Below are positions 8,973-12,354 of a stretch of 12,354 bases of DNA, piece by piece. A model generated the notes under the pieces. The model made no database searches and was not told the origin of the DNA. It saw nothing but the letters and a program-made list of their open reading frames with translations. The DNA comes from Octopus sinensis. Taxonomy: Eukaryota. Position 1 is the first letter of the stretch, and the number at the start of each line of letters is the position of its first letter. Both the position numbers and the translations under genes were made by a program. Location of the stretch: NCBI RefSeq assembly GCF_006345805.1, contig NW_021826656.1:1-12354 (forward strand), in the 5' to 3' direction.

Positions 8973-10553
8973 TTTATTACATAATCTCAAGTACCCCCAT
9001 ATCATATGCAAGAAACTTGTTTAATTGCATAATATATTACGCAATTTATTACTCAATTTATTACATAATCTCAAGTACCCCCATATTCTTACATCTACGG
9101 ACCATCCAAAATTGCATAATATATTACGCAATTTATTACTCAATTTATTACATAATCTCAAGTACCCCCATATCATATGCAAGAAACTTGTTAAATTGCA
9201 TAATATATTACGCAATTTATTACTCATTTTATTACATAATCTCAAGTACCCCCATATCATATGCAAGAAACTGTTAAATTGCATAATAATTACGCAATTA
9301 TTACTCAATTTATTACATAATCTCAAGTACCCAATATCATATGCAAGAAACTAGTCAAATTGCATAATATATTACGCAATTTTATACTCAATTTATTACA
9401 TAATCTCAAGTACCCCCATATCATATGCAAGAAACTTGTTAAATTGCATAATATATTACGCAATTTATTACTCAATTTATTACATAATCTCAAGTACCCC
9501 CATATCCTTACATCTACGGACCATTCAAAATGCAATAATATATTACGCAATTTATTACTCAATTTATTACAAAATCTCAAGTAACACCTCCATATCATAT
9601 GTAAGAAACTTGTTAAATTGCATAATATATTACGCAATTTATTACTCAATTTATTACATAATCTCAAGTACCCCCATATCCTTACATCTACGGACCATCC
9701 AAAATTGCATAATATATTACGCAATTTATTACTCAATTTATTACAAAATCTCAAGTACCCCCATATCATATGTAAGAAACTTGTTAAATTGCATAATATA
9801 TTACGCAATTTATTACTCAATTTATTACATAATCTCAAGTACCCCAATATCATATGCAAGAAACTTGTTAAATTGCATAATATATTACGCAATTTATTAC
9901 TCATTTTATTACATAATCTCAAGAACCTCCATATCATATGTAAGAAACTTGTTAAATGCATATATATTACGTAATTTATTACTCAATTTATTACATAATC
10001 TCAAGTACCCCCATATTCTTACATCTACGGACCATCCAAAATTGCATAATAATTACGCTATTTATTACTCAATTTATTACATAATCTCAAGTACCCCCAT
10101 ACATATCATAAGTAAGAAACTTGTTAAATGCATAATATATTACGCAATTTATTACTCAATTTATTACATATCTCAAGTACCCCCGTACCCCCATATCATA
10201 TGTAAGAAACTTGTTTAAATTGCATAATATATTACGCAATTTATTACTCAATTTTATTACATAATCTCAAGTACCCCCATATTCTTACATCTACGGACCA
10301 TCCAAAATTGCATAATATATTACGCTATTTATTACTCATTTATTACATAATCTCAGTACCCCCATATCATAAGTAAGAAACTTGTTAAATTGCATAATAT
10401 ATTACGCAATTTATTGCTCAATTTATTACATAATCTCAAGTACCCCCATATCCTTACATCTACGGACCATCCAAATTGCATATATATTACGCAATTTATT
10501 ACTCAATTTATTACATAATCTCAAGTACCCCCATATCATATGGCAAGAAACTT
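8973..10553. repeat. Satellite array 4, ~19 monomers (same variant order as array 2)
   Basis: Same monomers; diagnostic variants occur in the same order as in 2633-4197. Confidence 0.98.
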
Positions 10554-11134
10554 TTTTATTATAGAAATATTAATATTCTTATGGACATTTCCAGTTCATC
10601 TTCTAAAGAATAGTTGTAATTAATTTTTTCGATAATTTTTATATTTTGTTGTTATCGACATTATCAAATAAGGGAAGCCTCTTTGTTGGTATTAGCATCG
10701 ATGTCATGTTTATAATAATGACAGAATCTCCGATATTTATATTTTCTCTTCATCGTGCTCCATTTTCTTTTTGTTTTTCATTTTCTCGCTGCTTTTGTGA
10801 TGTTTTTCAAAGCAGATTCACAATTTTCACATGAAATATTATCCGAGTTTGTTTGATAACAAATTTCCCGCGTTTTTCATCTTCAGCTTCAAAGCCATTA
10901 GACCTTCAAGTTGTTTTGTATTTGGCAGAAAATCACTTCCATAATTCATAAAAAATGCTGAATGGTCTATGCTTTGTAGTTGCATGGACCGTTATTATAA
11001 TCATACGTAATTTTTTAAAAAATGTCCACATATCTTCCAAAATTTCCATCGTGCACTAGTCGAACATATTCAGTTTTTAATGGATTGGTTAAATCTAAAA
11101 ATTCATAAATTAGTAATTACCTCTCCACTTGACC
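10554..11134 (-). pseudogene. Integrase C-terminal fragment (insert copy 4), intron at 11095-11120
   Basis: Near-identical to the other copies but with more indels; the intron sequence is identical. Confidence 0.76.
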
Positions 11135-11360
11135 TCCACTGAAGCAGAAATGATTAAGTTCCTCAGAAGTCCAGACTTAAGGTCATATTTCCTCGCGATC
11201 TTTAATAAAGCCCGACCATCTTGGGTTAGAGTCTCGCATCCAAGCGGTATTTTTTGGCGTTGAGATCTCCGCGAAAGAATGGCCATCTCATTATCCTCAA
11301 AGAACTTCCTGATCACTTCAGGGTAGTTTCTGAGGTCCTTCGAGTACATTCCACCGATTG
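11135..11360 (-). pseudogene. LINE APE endonuclease fragment (insert copy 4)
   Basis: Near-identical to the other copies; ORF 11110..11418 shows frameshifted pieces (TIGGMYSKD..., QDGRALLKIARKYDL). Confidence 0.76.
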
Positions 11361-12354
11361 TTTTATTACATATCTCAAGTACCCCCATATCATATGCAAG
11401 AAACTTGTTTACTTGCATAATATATTACGCAATTTATTACTCAATTTATTACATAATCTCAAGTACCCCCGCCCCAATTCTTACATCTACGGACCATCCC
11501 AAATTGCATAATATATTACGCAATTTATTACTCAATTTATTACATAATCTCAAGTACCCCCATATCATATGCAAACTTGTTAAATTGCATAATATATTAC
11601 GCAATTTATTACTCATTTTATTACATAATCTCAAGTACCCCCCATATCATATGCAAGAAACTTGTTTAAATTGCATAATATATTACGCAATTTATTACTC
11701 AATTTTAACATAATCTCAAGTACCCCAATATCATATGCAAGAAACTAGTCAAATTGCATATATATTACGCAATTTATTATCCATTTATTACATAATCTCA
11801 AGTACCCCCATATCATATGCAAGAAACTTGTTAAATGCATAATATATTACGCATTTATTACTCAATTTATTACATAATCTCAGTACCCCCATATCCTTAC
11901 ATCTACGGACCATTCAAAATTGCATAATATATTACGCAATTTATTACTCAATTTATTACAAAATCTCAAGTACCTCCATATCATATGTAAGAAACTTGTT
12001 AAATTGCATATATATTACGCAATTTATTACTCAATTATTACATAATCTCAAGTACCCCCATATCCTTACATCTACGGACCATCCAAAATTGCATAATATA
12101 TTACGCAATTTATTACTCAATTTATTACAAATCTCAAGTACCCCCATATCATATGTAAGAAACTTTTAAATTGCATAATATATTACGCAATTTATTACTC
12201 AATTTATTACATAATCTCAAGTACCCCAATATCATATGCAAGAAACCTTGTTAAATTGCATAATATATTACGCAATTTATTACTCATTTTATTACATAAT
12301 CTCAAGAACCTCCATATCATATGTAAGAAACTTGTTAAATTGCATAATATATTA
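11361..12354. repeat. Satellite array 5, ~12 monomers, runs off the window end
   Basis: Same monomers; the first 12 variants follow the same order as in arrays 2, 3 and 4. Confidence 0.98.

Larger units (their letters stand above)
1..12354. repeat. Higher-order tandem repeat: [84/87-bp satellite array + ~0.8-kb transposon-derived insert]n
   Basis: The same insert/array junction (CCGATTG|TTTATTACATAATC) recurs at about 178, 2632, 5000, 8972 and 11360, giving periods of about 2454, 2368, 3972 and 2388 bp. All copies are in the same orientation. Confidence 0.97.

Noticed and set aside
640-10218. The many Leu/Asn- or Ile/Tyr-rich ORFs as real CDSs (for example LRR proteins)
   Set aside because: They are translations of the satellite in several frames and on both strands, mostly with TTG starts, without unique termini or a canonical LRR consensus. 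Kept only as a low-confidence finding.
1-12354. Simple rolling-circle or MDA concatemer of one small circle or plasmid
   Set aside because: Successive arrays differ in length and internal order (about 20, 19, 38 and 19 monomers), and no rep gene is seen. Template switching during amplification cannot be fully excluded without independent reads.
179-12354. Telomeric repeats, G-quadruplex array, rRNA/tRNA or spliced-leader gene repeat
   Set aside because: No short telomere-type repeat, only one G5 run per monomer on the minus strand, and no recognisable structural RNA motif.

Overview
This window is a eukaryotic-looking, AT-rich higher-order tandem repeat with no intact gene, probably from an uncorrected long read (many private homopolymer indels). 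Five satellite arrays (about 108 monomers in total) are built from a 65-bp constant core plus either a 19-bp tail (type A, 84 bp) or a 22-bp tail (type B, 87 bp). The arrays alternate with four complete copies and one partial copy of an ~0.8-kb insert. On the minus strand the insert is a chimera: a fragment of a non-LTR retrotransposon APE-type endonuclease (ILAGDLNAK motif) fused in frame to the C-terminal half of a Gypsy/Ginger-like DDE integrase. The integrase motif GQVER-FNQSIK is split by an apparent 26-nt GT-AG intron with a CTAAT branch site. All arrays start with the same ordered monomer variants and all complete arrays end with the same ones, and each monomer carries a 26-28-bp near-perfect palindrome. 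Family assignments are from motif recognition only; no database search was run.
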